A stretch of 64,000 nucleotides of DNA from NCBI GenBank assembly GCA_047150005.1, contig AP038806.1, forward strand, positions 3,936,001 to 4,000,000. The letters are read 5' to 3'. A program made the position numbers and the translations under genes. The stretch is from Nitrospira sp. Its GTDB lineage: Bacteria; Nitrospirota; Nitrospiria; Nitrospirales; Nitrospiraceae. Under the pieces are notes generated by a model that saw nothing but the letters and a program-made list of their open reading frames with translations, was not told the origin of the DNA and searched no databases. Positions 41,480 through 52,760 of the stretch are shown here, piece after piece (positions within the stretch are counted from its first letter, which is position 1; every line of letters starts with the position of its first letter).

Positions 41480-41920
41480 CCGATCTTTCTCTTGTCGCCG
41501 CGACCGCCGCATCGTGAACACCGGCAGATACCATGTGGGCTTCATTCGGCCGAAATCCGTTCGGACGTGCGTCTTCAATGCACGCTTTGAGTCCAACACG
41601 CAAGCTCCTGCCTCGTCCGCCACATACACGACCCAATGCCAGAACGGACCGCCCTCGTGCCTGTGCCACTTGATGGCCAACAGGGCGCAGGCAGGCAGGG
41701 AATGCCATGAGCGAAACGGCCTAGTCGACCGACCGGACCGTATGCCAAACCTGGAAAGCAAGCGACGGACGTGGTCGGGATTCGACCACAGTCGTGGATC
41801 GGCGGCAACAATGCCGGCCGAACCGGCCACCCGTTTCGCCGTTGCGTAAGACACCCCCGCGATCGCCGCCACAGCGGCAATACCGCATCCTGTCCGCTCC
41901 TCTTGAATCACCGGTTTCAT
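41387..41920 (-). CDS. Stand-alone C39-like cysteine peptidase domain protein
   Basis: QEERTGCGIA (Q-x5-C), HWVV, VLDS. Confidence 0.7.
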   Translation of the reverse strand: MKPVIQEERTGCGIAAVAAIAGVSYATAKRVAGSAGIVAADPRLWSNPDHVRRLLSRFGIRSGRSTRPFRSWHSLPACALLAIKWHRHEGGPFWHWVVYVADEAGACVLDSKRALKTHVRTDFGRMKPTWYLPVFTMRRSRRQEKDRLPAGGGFHQTVRLRGQEAPITTMAFRQLQD

Positions 41921-42396
41921 GGCAGATCAACCTTGAGCTTTCTTCCCCCAGAAACCTGAAACCCTTGGCTCGTATAGAACTTCATCGTCCGTTCAAACTG
42001 CGGTAAGGGAGGTGCGGTGACCTCCAACCTGGTCCATCCGCTCGCCTCACCGTAGCGCTTGACCTCCCTCAAGAGGTGAGCGCCCACACCCCGTGAGCGA
42101 TAGGCCGCGCGCACATAGACTTCCGGGATCGTCCCGAATCGGCCACCCGCATACAGCCCAAAGCTTTCATAGACGCTCAGAAACCCCATCGTCTGAGCCC
42201 CTCCCGGATCCCGCGCCAGGAAGACCGCGTAGGACCGATTGGTCAACCAATCCTGTGCATGAGATTCCGTCGCGTCATGGTCGACTCGAAACGCGGCCTC
42301 ACCGATTGTCGTCATGATCTCCTGCAGCAGCTCGCCGACCATCTCGGCGATGAGCGGTGCATCGGCCGGGTCTGCTCGTGCAATATCCGATGCCAT
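41917..42396 (-). CDS. GNAT family N-acetyltransferase
   Basis: EVYVRAAYRSRGVG, FYTSQGF; start 42396 or 42402. Confidence 0.88.
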   Translation of the reverse strand: MASDIARADPADAPLIAEMVGELLQEIMTTIGEAAFRVDHDATESHAQDWLTNRSYAVFLARDPGGAQTMGFLSVYESFGLYAGGRFGTIPEVYVRAAYRSRGVGAHLLREVKRYGEASGWTRLEVTAPPLPQFERTMKFYTSQGFQVSGGRKLKVDLP

Positions 42397-42602
42397 GAAC
42401 ATAGAGATCGCCGTTCCCCTATTGACCTCGATCAACGAGCCAGTCCCTACCCTAACGATACTCAGGGCAAGGAGCAAGTCTCTCGGAATCGGTCAGAACA
42501 GGACTCATCCTGCCATCAGGTATCGGCCCGAGACTGGAGAACGAGGAAATCGGGTTGTACGTGAAAGAACCGGAAACAGCACGGCCGGGGGGAAACGCCC
42601 GT

Positions 42603-42971
42603 TCAGGACGTGGGACCGGTCAGACGGCCCACGGTTTCAAGCAGGCGCGGCACTGCGACGGGTTTGACGAGTGTTTCGTGCGCACCAAAGAATCTGGCGA
42701 CGCTGCAATAGTCGAGATCGCGCGCCCCACTGGACACGGCGACGACCTTGACACGAGGAAATTGCTGATGGAGCATCCAGGTGAGTTCGAGACCATCCAT
42801 ATCCGGCATCAGGATATCCGTAATGACCAAATCGACTGCATGGCGTTGGAGATGAGCCAAACCGTCTCGCGCTGAAGAGACTTCATTGACGGCATACCCG
42901 GCTCCTTCCAACGTCCGCCGGAAGAATTGTCGGGCCGACGCTTCATCGTCGATAAGAAGAATTTCAGCCAA
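42603..42971 (-). CDS. Single-domain response regulator
   Basis: LIDDE, ITDILMPDMDG, KP. Confidence 0.88.
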   Translation of the reverse strand: MAEILLIDDEASARQFFRRTLEGAGYAVNEVSSARDGLAHLQRHAVDLVITDILMPDMDGLELTWMLHQQFPRVKVVAVSSGARDLDYCSVARFFGAHETLVKPVAVPRLLETVGRLTGPTS

Positions 42972-43074
42972 AGTGCCGGTTCCTCATCTTGATTCTTGTA
43001 TCAAAAGATCAGGTCTGGCCGATACTGGCGGAGACGCCAGGTACCCCTAGGGGGCCCCTGAATGGCTTTCACAT

Positions 43075-43953
43075 CTAGCGATGTCCGATGGATTCGATCA
43101 GCCGGAGATCCGCTTCGGCCAACGTAAAGTTCTGGCAGGCAAGGTCATCTTTCATATGCTGGAGATTGGTCGTACCCGTCAGTGGCAACATGCCGATCTG
43201 CATGGCAAATCGAAACACCAGCTGGGCCAAACCCATACCGTAGCGCCCTGCCATGGCTCTGATGTCCGGATCGACAAAGACTTCGCGATTGGCCGTCAAC
43301 AGAGAAAAGCCTTGATAGAGGATGTGCTGGGCCTGGCAAATCTCGCGCACTCCCCGGTCCCAACCGAACGCCGCATAGCAGCGGTTTTGCACCACCATTG
43401 GCTTGATCCTGCCTTGTTCGCACAACAAAGCCAGTTGCTCGGCCGTCACGTTGCTGATTCCGATCATTCTGGTTTTCTTGGCATCGTAGAGCCGCTCGAA
43501 CGCGGCCCATACTTCCCAGTCCTCGGCCCCAAGCCCTCGTCTGCTGTAGGGGCCGTGAAGTACATAGGAATCTACATAATCAGTGCGCAAGTGCCCCAGT
43601 GAACTTTCGAAGGATTGTTCCACCTGCAGACCCACCCCGGCATGCGGATCATAGGGTGTACGATGGTCCTGGCCGTTGAGAGGGGTGAACTTCGTCTGGA
43701 CGAACAGGTGTTCACGAGCCACGCCCTCCCGGGCCAACCTGACCAGCGCGTCCCCTACCCGCGCTTCATCATAGTGGATCAGTTGATTGGCTGTATCGAT
43801 CGCCTGAAAACCGGCTTCCACCGCCGTCATGACGAGTTGCGTGGTGGCCTCCTTCTTCCACGCGGTGCCGTACATCAACGAGGGCACCGGCACACCATTG
43901 TACGCGGTTACTGTGTCTTCGCGATTCCCCATGATGTGTCGATTCGCCGGCAT
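43075..43953 (-). CDS. Aldo/keto reductase
   Basis: YGTAWK, IDTANQ, QTKF, LHGP, IGISN; start uncertain (43932 or 43953). Confidence 0.88.
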   Translation of the reverse strand: MPANRHIMGNREDTVTAYNGVPVPSLMYGTAWKKEATTQLVMTAVEAGFQAIDTANQLIHYDEARVGDALVRLAREGVAREHLFVQTKFTPLNGQDHRTPYDPHAGVGLQVEQSFESSLGHLRTDYVDSYVLHGPYSRRGLGAEDWEVWAAFERLYDAKKTRMIGISNVTAEQLALLCEQGRIKPMVVQNRCYAAFGWDRGVREICQAQHILYQGFSLLTANREVFVDPDIRAMAGRYGMGLAQLVFRFAMQIGMLPLTGTTNLQHMKDDLACQNFTLAEADLRLIESIGHR

Positions 43954-43975
43954 TGCCGTGCTGCCGCTGATGGCA

Positions 43976-44704
43976 TCAGCGTGTCGTGAGCACGTCCTTC
44001 CATATCGCGGCCAGTTCACGCAAGGCGTCGGCGCCGTCACCCACGAATGCCGAGCCGTGCATAGCCGCCATCGTCTTGGGCCTCAGTTCAGCCAAACGGA
44101 GCAGCGTGGGTTCCGTCAATGTCGAATATGGAATGTAGTTCGCCAGAGGTCCCCGCTGATACTCGAGCAATATCCTTCGGCAACGCTCGAGCAGGTCGGA
44201 GCCGGCCACCGGCTCCACGTTGCCGCCTTGATGGAAGAGATCGGAGCAGAAAAGCGTTCGATTGACTTCCTCGAACAAGAGACCCGCTTCCCAACAATGT
44301 GGAACATGGGGCGTGCTGACGAAGCGGAATCGATACTTCCCGGTGCTGAGCACCTCCCCGTCGCTCATGCCTCTCGCCGGCCTGAGGGCGAGGCAGTCAT
44401 CGACGCTGACCACCTTGCCGACCATGCTGCACACCGCGGTGGCTTCTGAAGCCAACCCTTGCCATTCCGGCAACGTTCCGCACTCATCCGCTTCGAAATG
44501 GCTGAAGCCGATCCAACGAACCGCAGCCGGATCGATCAGCGAGGCGACCGCCTCCCTGATCCCAGGGAATAAGGCCCGAGGTCCTGTATGAAACAACAGT
44601 GGTTCCTCATCCCGAACGAGAAATTGACTGAACTGCAGGTCGAAGGCCGCAACGAATGTTGTGATCCTGAACACGTCCGGAGCAATCTCGGTGACCTGAG
44701 CCAT
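43976..44704 (-). CDS. Stand-alone MBL-fold protein (FprA N-terminal/ODP-like)
   Basis: [26 protein letters not shown]. Confidence 0.82.
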   Translation of the reverse strand: MAQVTEIAPDVFRITTFVAAFDLQFSQFLVRDEEPLLFHTGPRALFPGIREAVASLIDPAAVRWIGFSHFEADECGTLPEWQGLASEATAVCSMVGKVVSVDDCLALRPARGMSDGEVLSTGKYRFRFVSTPHVPHCWEAGLLFEEVNRTLFCSDLFHQGGNVEPVAGSDLLERCRRILLEYQRGPLANYIPYSTLTEPTLLRLAELRPKTMAAMHGSAFVGDGADALRELAAIWKDVLTTR

Positions 44705-44770
44705 GACACCTCCCAACAGATTTCTTCATCTGGCGCTATCGGGCACTCCCAGCTCACTCACGTCGGCTCC

Positions 44771-45046
44771 TCATGTTTCGGCCGGCGGATCTCCCTCGCG
44801 CGTCGTCATCCGCTGGGTTGTGACGAACCGGCGGACGCCGATCGCCAAGCAGGCGACCCCCGCCGTCAGCGCTACGCCGCCGAGAATGTGGATCGACGGT
44901 TGATCCGGCCACCACATCGCTGGAATGCCCGCAATAAAAAACCCGAGCGCCGTTCTGACATAGGCCAGAAGCGTCCGCTCATTGGCCAAAACCGTTCGCT
45001 GCCATGCCAGTCGATCCCGAATCTGTGTATCGGTTTCACCAGTCAT
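44771..45046 (-). CDS. DUF202 (YidH-like) small membrane protein
   Basis: RTVLANERTLLAYVRTAL plus two TMs. Confidence 0.88.
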   Translation of the reverse strand: MTGETDTQIRDRLAWQRTVLANERTLLAYVRTALGFFIAGIPAMWWPDQPSIHILGGVALTAGVACLAIGVRRFVTTQRMTTREGDPPAET

Positions 45047-45116
45047 CCCCGCCTCCGACCGGCCGTAACTGCCCGCACCTTCCGCCGGTCCGGCTCGTTG
45101 CCGTTCCGGCCGCGAC

Positions 45117-46715
45117 TCATCCCATATCTCGCAGGGTATGCCCGGGATTGCGGTCCCGCCCGATGGTTTTCATGAGCGTGTCGCCGAACAGCACGACGAC
45201 ACGATCACGCTGGTCCCTCACCAGCATCGATGCGGAGGGGGCTTTGAAGGTGGTGGGATCACCCTCCAGCCAGGCGCTGCAGGTATAGGGTAGTTGATCG
45301 AGAATGGTTTCCACCCGATATTCGTGTCGGAGTCGGTACTGCAAGACGTCGAACTGGAGACGTCCCACAGCAGCCACGAGTTGGTCCCCCTCATTGAAAC
45401 TTCGCATGATCTGAACGGTTCCCTCTTGGGCCATCTGGGTCATACCCTTGTCGAATGTCTTGCGCTTGCCGACGTCGGTTGGACGGATACGGGCAAAGAT
45501 TTCCGGTTGAAACTGAGGCAATGACTTGAAATTGAATCCGCCGGACACCGAGATGGTGTCCCCTATCGCAAAAATTCCCGGATTGATGATGCCGATGATG
45601 TCCCCCGGGAAGGCCTCTTCGACCGTACTGCGCTCCTGCGCCACCATGCTGTGAGGACGGGACAGCCGAATTTCACGATTCAGACGATGATGCTTGACCA
45701 CCATGTCACGCTCGAACCGCCCGGAACAAATGCGGATAAATGCCGTACTATCGCGGTGTTTCGGATTCATGTTCGCCTGGAGCTTGAAGACATAGGCGCT
45801 GAACGGGGTCTCGATCGGATCGACCGAGACTTCGGCTCCATCTTCCAGGTCAGCCGGTCTTGCCCCTGGCGCAGGAGCCAGGCTCACGAAGGCGTCCAAA
45901 AAGCTCTCGATTCCGAAATTCGTCAGCGCCGAAGCAAAGAACACCGGCGTCACCAAGCCCTGGAGGAATCGCTCGCGGGCGAAATGGTTGCCTGCAATCT
46001 CAAGCAGTTCCAAGTCGTGATCCACCTGCATCATCGTGTCTTGCGAGACCCGGCCGCTGCTTCCGAGTTCCGCCACCCCGAGTTCGCTGACCGTCACCTT
46101 GGTCGCTCCCCCCGGCGCCGTTCGCCCGAACAACTGCACCCGGCCGTCCTCCCGATTCACGATCCCCACGAAGTCGCTTCCGGATCCGATCGGCCAATTG
46201 ACCGCGCTGGCCTGAATATCCAGCGCCTGCTCCACTTCCGTCATCAAATCAAGCGGTGGCCGTCCCGGCAGATCCATCTTGTTGACGAGGGTCAGGACCG
46301 GAATCTTCCGCATGCGACAAACCGTAAACAGTTTCCTGGTCTGCGCTTCAACACCCTTGGCCGCGTCGATGACCATGATGGCGCTGTCTGCCGCCGTAAG
46401 CGTCCGATAGGTATCTTCGGAAAAATCCTGGTGTCCCGGGGTATCCAGCAGGTTGATAACGGCATCCTTGTAGGGGAACTGCATGGCCGAAGCGGTGATT
46501 GAGATCCCGCGCTCCTGTTCCATTCCCATCCAGTCCGAGGCAGTGACCTTTCCCCCCTTGCGACCACGCACCATCCCCGCCGTACGGATCAACCCCGAGT
46601 ACAGCAGCAGCTTCTCGGTCAGGGTCGTCTTTCCCGCGTCAGGATGGCTGATGATCGCGAAGGTTCGTCGTTGCGCCGTCGCGGAAGCCAAGGCATGTTG
46701 AAGGGTCGTTTCCAT
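45117..46715 (-). CDS. prfC: Peptide chain release factor 3
   Basis: RRTFAIISHPDAGKTTLTEKLL, DTPGHQDFSEDTYR, VGRLQFDV. Confidence 0.96.
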   Translation of the reverse strand: METTLQHALASATAQRRTFAIISHPDAGKTTLTEKLLLYSGLIRTAGMVRGRKGGKVTASDWMGMEQERGISITASAMQFPYKDAVINLLDTPGHQDFSEDTYRTLTAADSAIMVIDAAKGVEAQTRKLFTVCRMRKIPVLTLVNKMDLPGRPPLDLMTEVEQALDIQASAVNWPIGSGSDFVGIVNREDGRVQLFGRTAPGGATKVTVSELGVAELGSSGRVSQDTMMQVDHDLELLEIAGNHFARERFLQGLVTPVFFASALTNFGIESFLDAFVSLAPAPGARPADLEDGAEVSVDPIETPFSAYVFKLQANMNPKHRDSTAFIRICSGRFERDMVVKHHRLNREIRLSRPHSMVAQERSTVEEAFPGDIIGIINPGIFAIGDTISVSGGFNFKSLPQFQPEIFARIRPTDVGKRKTFDKGMTQMAQEGTVQIMRSFNEGDQLVAAVGRLQFDVLQYRLRHEYRVETILDQLPYTCSAWLEGDPTTFKAPSASMLVRDQRDRVVVLFGDTLMKTIGRDRNPGHTLRDMG

Positions 46716-46753
46716 GTGCACGATCGGAACGGCAGCATACCACAATGGCGCAC

Positions 46754-48163
46754 CTACTGCTCCAGGAAGGCGCGGATCATCGGCTCCTTTTGCGCGACCA
46801 CCTTTCGTGCAGCCGTGACCACCAAATCGCGCTCACAGGCCGAATGCAACCAGAGTCTCGTGACGATCTTCGCCAGACGTTCGACCACCGCGCGCGGCGT
46901 CGTCAACGTCGGATCCTCCTTTCGACAGCTCTCGGGAAGATCGCGCAGATCATCGCTCCATTGCGCGTCGGTATGGCTGACCCTCACGAGCAACAACTTT
47001 TCGATGCCCGGCAGCAATCCTTCCCGCTGCGCCCCGTTCAGGAACAGCGCCCGGTAGGCGGCGACACGTTCTTCCATGATCGTCGGAATACGCGAATAGT
47101 CGTAACTGAACAGCGAGAACCCCTCGGCAAAGCTGTTCAATCGCTCCCCGCCCACATCGAACGGGAACGAACTGTCCAGCGCGATAATGAGCCCTCTGCG
47201 GATTTTACCCGTCTGAATCTTCTTCAGGAACATCATCGCCAGCGATTCGACCCCGGTGTTGTCCGAAAGCCCCCCGTCTCCCGCATGCCAGTACAGGTCC
47301 TGGTCTTCAATCCGAAACGTGATCGGTCCGATCAGCGGCGGAAACGACATGGACGCGGCCACCGCCGTGGCTACCTGGACCTGACAATGATCGAGTTCCA
47401 AGTCTTGCGGCGTAATTGAAACGAGGGATTCCCAGCGCGCCCGGAGGGCGTCGCTGAGCACGGGGGACTCGCGGTCGTTTCCCTCAGGCAAGGACAACGA
47501 GTGGAAAAGATCGTAGTGGGAATATTCCACGGGCAGCGTGGACATGATGAAACGACGGCCGCTGTTGTAGAGCGTCGTGTTCAGAATGAGGTAGGGGACA
47601 TCTCCTTGGATTTCCCGGTGCATGAGGTCCTGAAATGTGGCCTCACCCAAGTAGTCTTCCCGGAGTATTTCGCCCAGGGATTTGGCGGCCCAGGCCGGAT
47701 TGAACCACCGCAGGCGGAAGATCTGCCGTCGGAGCAGCGGCCCCTCGAAGTCCAGGCTCATGATTTTTTCGAATTGGGCGAAGAACTGCTGGTACTCCGG
47801 GGACAGTTCGCCGTTCGGCGCCAAAATCGGCAGCTGGCGCGGCGGTTTCTTCAAGGTGTAATACGCGGAGGCCAGACTGCCTCCGGAAACGCTCGACACA
47901 TATGCCACGTGATCGAGCAGCGACCGGCGATCCGATCCCACGCGCAGTTTCGCCAACGCTTCCATGCCGCCCGCCGCAAACAAGGCGGCGCGGCTTCCCC
48001 CGCCCGACACGGCCAGGCCGACCACGTGATCCGTATCGGGAGGAGCCGCCAGACAGGCATTCGCCGTCACACTTCTCGGTGCAGTATAGACAGGCGAACC
48101 GAAGCACCCGCCTGCAAGCGAGGCCAATGCCATGCACACAACCGCCAAGAACGGTCTCGTCAT
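46754..48163 (-). CDS. Patatin-like phospholipase, lipoprotein
   Basis: Lipobox AGGC, SGGGSRAA, SVSGG, DGG. Confidence 0.88.
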   Translation of the reverse strand: MTRPFLAVVCMALASLAGGCFGSPVYTAPRSVTANACLAAPPDTDHVVGLAVSGGGSRAALFAAGGMEALAKLRVGSDRRSLLDHVAYVSSVSGGSLASAYYTLKKPPRQLPILAPNGELSPEYQQFFAQFEKIMSLDFEGPLLRRQIFRLRWFNPAWAAKSLGEILREDYLGEATFQDLMHREIQGDVPYLILNTTLYNSGRRFIMSTLPVEYSHYDLFHSLSLPEGNDRESPVLSDALRARWESLVSITPQDLELDHCQVQVATAVAASMSFPPLIGPITFRIEDQDLYWHAGDGGLSDNTGVESLAMMFLKKIQTGKIRRGLIIALDSSFPFDVGGERLNSFAEGFSLFSYDYSRIPTIMEERVAAYRALFLNGAQREGLLPGIEKLLLVRVSHTDAQWSDDLRDLPESCRKEDPTLTTPRAVVERLAKIVTRLWLHSACERDLVVTAARKVVAQKEPMIRAFLEQ

Positions 48164-48344
48164 TGTCACGACACAAGAAGAATCAGCCGCTCAGGCCGCC
48201 GGTGGAACCCCGGCGGGCGGGGCACTATACTGATCCCTCTCCAATCCGGTCAAGCGGTCGGCGACGGCGGAAATCGGAGAGACTCGTTTCAAGAGATAGC
48301 GGCCTTGCTGAATGGAAAGCCGGCTCGTTAGAATGTCGAGCCTC

Positions 48345-48625
48345 ATGACCGTTGAAGCAGCGCGGGCGCACTACAACCTTCTGTTGACACTCTATATCCG
48401 GAAAGCGGAAACATTCGGGCCGGTGGCGTTCGCATTCATCAAGGACCACAGCCGGACCAACTCGGCCTGACGCCCGAAGAGCAATTCACGCTCTATACGG
48501 CCGTCGCCGAGGCGGTCGCCGACGAGCCGAACAGGGAGGAGCCGGATTGCTCACCAGGACCTATGCCTCGGAAAAAACGGCCGCCTATGCGGGTGTCGGC
48601 AGTCAGCCTTGGCAGCGAGGACTGA
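48345..48625 (+). pseudogene. Possible frameshifted small gene
   Basis: ATG 48345 ORF (MTVEAARAHYNLLLTLYIRKAETFGP...) stops at 48470; a protein-like frame (DQLGLTPEEQFTLYTAVAEAVADEP) continues after a shift near 48450. Confidence 0.4.
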
Positions 48626-48809
48626 GCTTCAATTTCGTCAACATGCATTTGCAGTTACTGCCTGACGCAACCGCCGCCGTCATTCCGGCCAACACTCCGG
48701 TGTTTTCACTCTTCCCGGTGCTGGCGCGAGGCCAATACGAACTGACCGACGCCCGAGCTCTTGCGCCCCGATCCTAAGCGCCGGAGAAACAGGCCGCAAC
48801 CGCCGGTGC

Positions 48810-49274
48810 CTATCGGCTCCCACGAAATCCTGTCTGCCGCCAGGCCTCATACACGATCACGGCCACCGCGTTCGAGAGATTGAGGCTCCGGCTGTCGGGC
48901 AACATCGGCAGGCGCAGTCGCTCGAGTTCGTTCACGCTCCCCAGAAGAGCTTCCGGCAATCCTCTCGTTTCCGCTCCGAACAGGAACACATCGCCCTCCA
49001 CATACTTCACGGCGTCGTAGCGTTGTCGGCCTTTCGTGGTGACGGCGAACAGACGTCTGCCTTCGAAATGTGCACGGCATTGAGCCCAGTTGGCATGGAC
49101 GGTGATCGAGGCCCGTTCGTGATAGTCCAACCCGGCCCGTCTCAACTGTCTGTCTTCGAGGGAGAAGCCCAACGGCTCGACGAGATGAAGCCGAACTCCG
49201 GTGTTCGCGCACAGCCTGATGATGTTGCCGGTATTGGGGGGAATCTCCGGTTCATGGAGGATCACGTCGAACAT
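48810..49274 (-). CDS. trmL: tRNA (cytidine/uridine-34 2'-O)-methyltransferase
   Basis: [37 protein letters not shown]. Confidence 0.95.
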   Translation of the reverse strand: MFDVILHEPEIPPNTGNIIRLCANTGVRLHLVEPLGFSLEDRQLRRAGLDYHERASITVHANWAQCRAHFEGRRLFAVTTKGRQRYDAVKYVEGDVFLFGAETRGLPEALLGSVNELERLRLPMLPDSRSLNLSNAVAVIVYEAWRQTGFRGSR

Positions 49275-49470
49275 GGTCGATGTCCTTTCTCCCGATAGCG
49301 AGAAGATCGGTGCCGGCGCGGTTCCGCCGATCAAGGTCCCGATTCCGACAAGGTCGGAACGCCGCACGAATCCTTCCGGTCGATCCTGTCTCTTACCAAC
49401 CCTAGGAGACCCGTGCGAGGATGGACTGCCCTGTACCATCCGATTTCGGTTCCTGCAACATCTTGTTATC

Positions 49471-51297
49471 ATGCACCAGATGGACTGCAATCCTATTCGT
49501 AGCCAACGCACCGGCGGTCGCGGCTTCGCATCTCGGCCGTTGCCGCGCGGTGTGATCGAAACGACCTTCATCTTGGGGCTGCTCGCCACGACGACGGTTC
49601 CCACTGCCTGGGGAGAGGAAGCCCGTGTTCTCCCCGAGGCGCGTGTGGTTGAACAGGCTCGCATCGTCTGGGAAAGCGGGGCCGTCGCGCCGGCGCTGGA
49701 TATAGTGGAACAAGGCATACAGGATCATCCGGAAGCCGTGACCCTCCAGAAACTTCGAGGAGATATTCTCGCCACTTCCCGCGGTCCGCGGGAAGCCATC
49801 GAGGCCTATGATGCCGTCCTCGCGAGCGCGCCGCATGCCCTCGACGTCAGATGGGCGAAGTGGGGGGTGCTCGTGCGGTCGGGCCAAAGCGAAGATGCCG
49901 TCGAAGAACTGCAGCTGATCGTCGAGGATGACCCGCAGAATCCATTGGTGCATTTGCGTCTCGCACAAGAGCTCAGAAAACTCGATCGACTCGAAGAATC
50001 TCTGCCCTCGTATCAGAAAGCCGTCACGCTCGTCCCCTCGCTGCTCGGCTGGCGATTGGCGTTGGCCCGCGCGCGTTTCGATCTCTTGGACTATCAGGGG
50101 GCCGAAGCCGACGTTCGTTACGTGCTAGAGCGGGTTCCTCCAGGCTCCTCTCTGGAGGCTCCCGCAAAGACGCTGCTCTCCGTGATCCAAGGAACCTCCC
50201 AGGACCGCGGAAGGCGATACGACCCGGCTCTCGCCCCGAAAGAGATCTCCCCTGCCCGTCAGAAAGAGTGGGCTCTGATCCGCGCGGACGCGTGGAGACT
50301 GTACATCGACGGGCACTACAAGGAAGCCGAGCCGATCTATCGTCAACTTCTGGCCCTCAATCCCAACGACCCTTCAGCCACACACCAGCTGGGATTGACA
50401 CTCATGCATCTTGGCCGGTGCAAGGATGCGCTGGCCGTCTTCGGCACGATGTTCAATCTTGATCCGAGCGACGAGGACTATGCCGATACGGTCTATCGAA
50501 TGGGGCAATGCATGGTCGAACTCGAACAATGGGAAGAGGCCTTCGCGCATTTTCAAACCTTGTACGACGCCGCCGTCGAATCCGAAGAGAACAACAAGCA
50601 CGTTGAGCTTCCACCCGACACACGGGTGCTGGATAGGAACAAGATCAAGCGCTGGCTCGACAAGGTGCGCCCCCACGTTCCCGAATTGGCGCGGCAGCAG
50701 GCTGAGGAGGCCGCTTTGCACCGTCGGGCCCGCAAAGAAGCCGCTCCCGGCCTGTCCGAGGAGGAACTCTATGCGAAAGCCATCGAACGAGTGAAACCGA
50801 TCAAACCCTTGGAGATTCATGCCTCGCTGGTTGGCCGCGATGCAGATTTCAGCTGGTTTCGGTTCGTCATTCCGGCCGGAAAGGTCATGCGGGATGATTT
50901 TCCGACCGGGGCGCACGAATTTATCCCCCTCAACCCGGGAGACAGCTTCCTCACCACGCAACAGGACATTTATCTCGTGTTCGGGCTGGTTTCCGCCTCA
51001 TATGATGCCATTCCGCTGGCGGTGCGATGTTTTCTTGAAACATCCGAGATGGCGGGTGAGCCGCGAGCCATCGCCCAGGACCATGTCTTGATGGCCATGA
51101 ACGATCAATCGGGGTACTTCAGGCTGCCGTCTCCGACCTCCGGCTGGACGACGGGATTGTACCGTTGCGGTTTGTTCGCAGGCGAACGTACTTCGGCGGA
51201 CACGCAGGTGGATGAAGTCCGGTTCCGGATCTTGCAGCCGCTGCGTATCTCGTCACCTATCGAACCTCTTGTCCACAGATCGGAACCGCCTGGTTGA
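49471..51297 (+). CDS. Exported TPR protein with C-terminal beta-rich domain
   Basis: Signal-like [17 protein letters not shown], multiple TPRs; start uncertain. Confidence 0.75.
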   Translation: MHQMDCNPIRSQRTGGRGFASRPLPRGVIETTFILGLLATTTVPTAWGEEARVLPEARVVEQARIVWESGAVAPALDIVEQGIQDHPEAVTLQKLRGDILATSRGPREAIEAYDAVLASAPHALDVRWAKWGVLVRSGQSEDAVEELQLIVEDDPQNPLVHLRLAQELRKLDRLEESLPSYQKAVTLVPSLLGWRLALARARFDLLDYQGAEADVRYVLERVPPGSSLEAPAKTLLSVIQGTSQDRGRRYDPALAPKEISPARQKEWALIRADAWRLYIDGHYKEAEPIYRQLLALNPNDPSATHQLGLTLMHLGRCKDALAVFGTMFNLDPSDEDYADTVYRMGQCMVELEQWEEAFAHFQTLYDAAVESEENNKHVELPPDTRVLDRNKIKRWLDKVRPHVPELARQQAEEAALHRRARKEAAPGLSEEELYAKAIERVKPIKPLEIHASLVGRDADFSWFRFVIPAGKVMRDDFPTGAHEFIPLNPGDSFLTTQQDIYLVFGLVSASYDAIPLAVRCFLETSEMAGEPRAIAQDHVLMAMNDQSGYFRLPSPTSGWTTGLYRCGLFAGERTSADTQVDEVRFRILQPLRISSPIEPLVHRSEPPG

Positions 51298-51366
51298 GCC
51301 TCGCCGCATCGGCAACGCTTCGTGGTGCCGAAACGGCGAGGCGCAAACCGGTGCATCTCGCTTCGC

Positions 51367-52581
51367 TCACTTCGGCGCGGTCAGCGCGTCCTGAGCAACG
51401 TGGCCCGACATCGATTTTTCCACGATATTGTGCTGGATTTCCGATGCAATGACGAAGGCCAATTGCTCCGGCGAGAGCGCACCCATGGGGAGATCCTTCG
51501 TCCGGGAATAGAACGGGTCGTCCGGCATGGCCTTCCGATAGGCGTTCACCAAAATCTGAGCGGGCTGAATCCGTCGCTCCTGTTCGCCGACCAGGATTGA
51601 TCGTTCATCGGGCAACACGCGCGTACGCGTGGCCCAATCCCGTCCGTCGATTTTGACAAACGCCACGTTCCAGATTTTTCCGTTCAGCAGGTTTCTCACG
51701 GCGTTCGGCGTCTGCTCGAGAAAAACCGGCTCGCGCACAATGCGTTCCAACGCCTGCCGCACCCGAATATCGTACAGATTCGTTGTCGAATCCGGCTGAG
51801 CCGGAGGAACCAGGACGGGTGAGCCGACATCGTAGTACGGCTGCCCGTCGAGGCTCTTCAGATCATCCAGCGTGCGCAAGTATGTTCCGAACAACTGTTG
51901 CAGCGTCCGGGCACGCGCCTCGGCCGACAGCGCGGCGACATCCTGATCGGCAAGGATCGGCGCGTGCCGCAGATCGCGCTCGGCCGCCCCGGCTTGAGGC
52001 TTGGGTGCGGTATCGGCCTTGCTGACCACCCATTGAAATTCTCGGTCCAGGAGCGGAACGAGTCGTTCCGGTCGATCCACCAGCTCCCGTTCTTTCAGGC
52101 CGGCGGCGCTGACCAGCAACTTGACCTTGCCGCGCTCTTTGGTTCGGGCGACCAGCAAGTGAAATTCCTTGCCATCACGATTGACCACTCTCGGTTCGAC
52201 GATGACGGCCTGCAGCGCCTCCTTCTTCATGGCTTCGTCGAATCGAGGAAAGTCGGCTCGATGCTGCGACATGAACGTGAGTGCGGCGACGACCGTTCGA
52301 AAAGCCTCCTCGATCGCGAGGGCATTCGGCCCGCCGGGGTCAGCGGAATCGGACGGTTTTGCGCGAAAAACTCCGAAAGCGGTTCCCGGCACGGACGCGC
52401 CGGGGCCAACCGTCTCCTGATGGACATCCTCCGGCTCGTCATGACCATGATGATCGGCCGCGGCCGGCATGGCCCGCCAAGCCGCCACACCGACAAGCAA
52501 CACCGGCACGATCAGGCCTGTCCCCCAGTAACAGGGCTCACGAAACTGCGCTCCGCGTCCGGCCCTCTTGCCGTCGTTCAT
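51367..52581 (-). CDS. Exported hypothetical protein
   Basis: GGAGG before ATG 52581, hydrophobic segment, His/Asp-rich tract, long ORF. Confidence 0.72.
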   Translation of the reverse strand: MNDGKRAGRGAQFREPCYWGTGLIVPVLLVGVAAWRAMPAAADHHGHDEPEDVHQETVGPGASVPGTAFGVFRAKPSDSADPGGPNALAIEEAFRTVVAALTFMSQHRADFPRFDEAMKKEALQAVIVEPRVVNRDGKEFHLLVARTKERGKVKLLVSAAGLKERELVDRPERLVPLLDREFQWVVSKADTAPKPQAGAAERDLRHAPILADQDVAALSAEARARTLQQLFGTYLRTLDDLKSLDGQPYYDVGSPVLVPPAQPDSTTNLYDIRVRQALERIVREPVFLEQTPNAVRNLLNGKIWNVAFVKIDGRDWATRTRVLPDERSILVGEQERRIQPAQILVNAYRKAMPDDPFYSRTKDLPMGALSPEQLAFVIASEIQHNIVEKSMSGHVAQDALTAPK

Positions 52582-52760
52582 ATTGCCTCCCATGCGAGTG
52601 ACGGGCCATCGATCTCCGCCCGCCACTGTATTGTACCCTTTCTCCGGCACGATCTTCTCTTCGGACGCGAGGCTCGTTCACTTGGCAGGATGACGGTGCC
52701 GACGTCGGCCGCAAACGGCGGCTTGCCCACCGCACTGACGACGATCAGGATGGAGATGGG

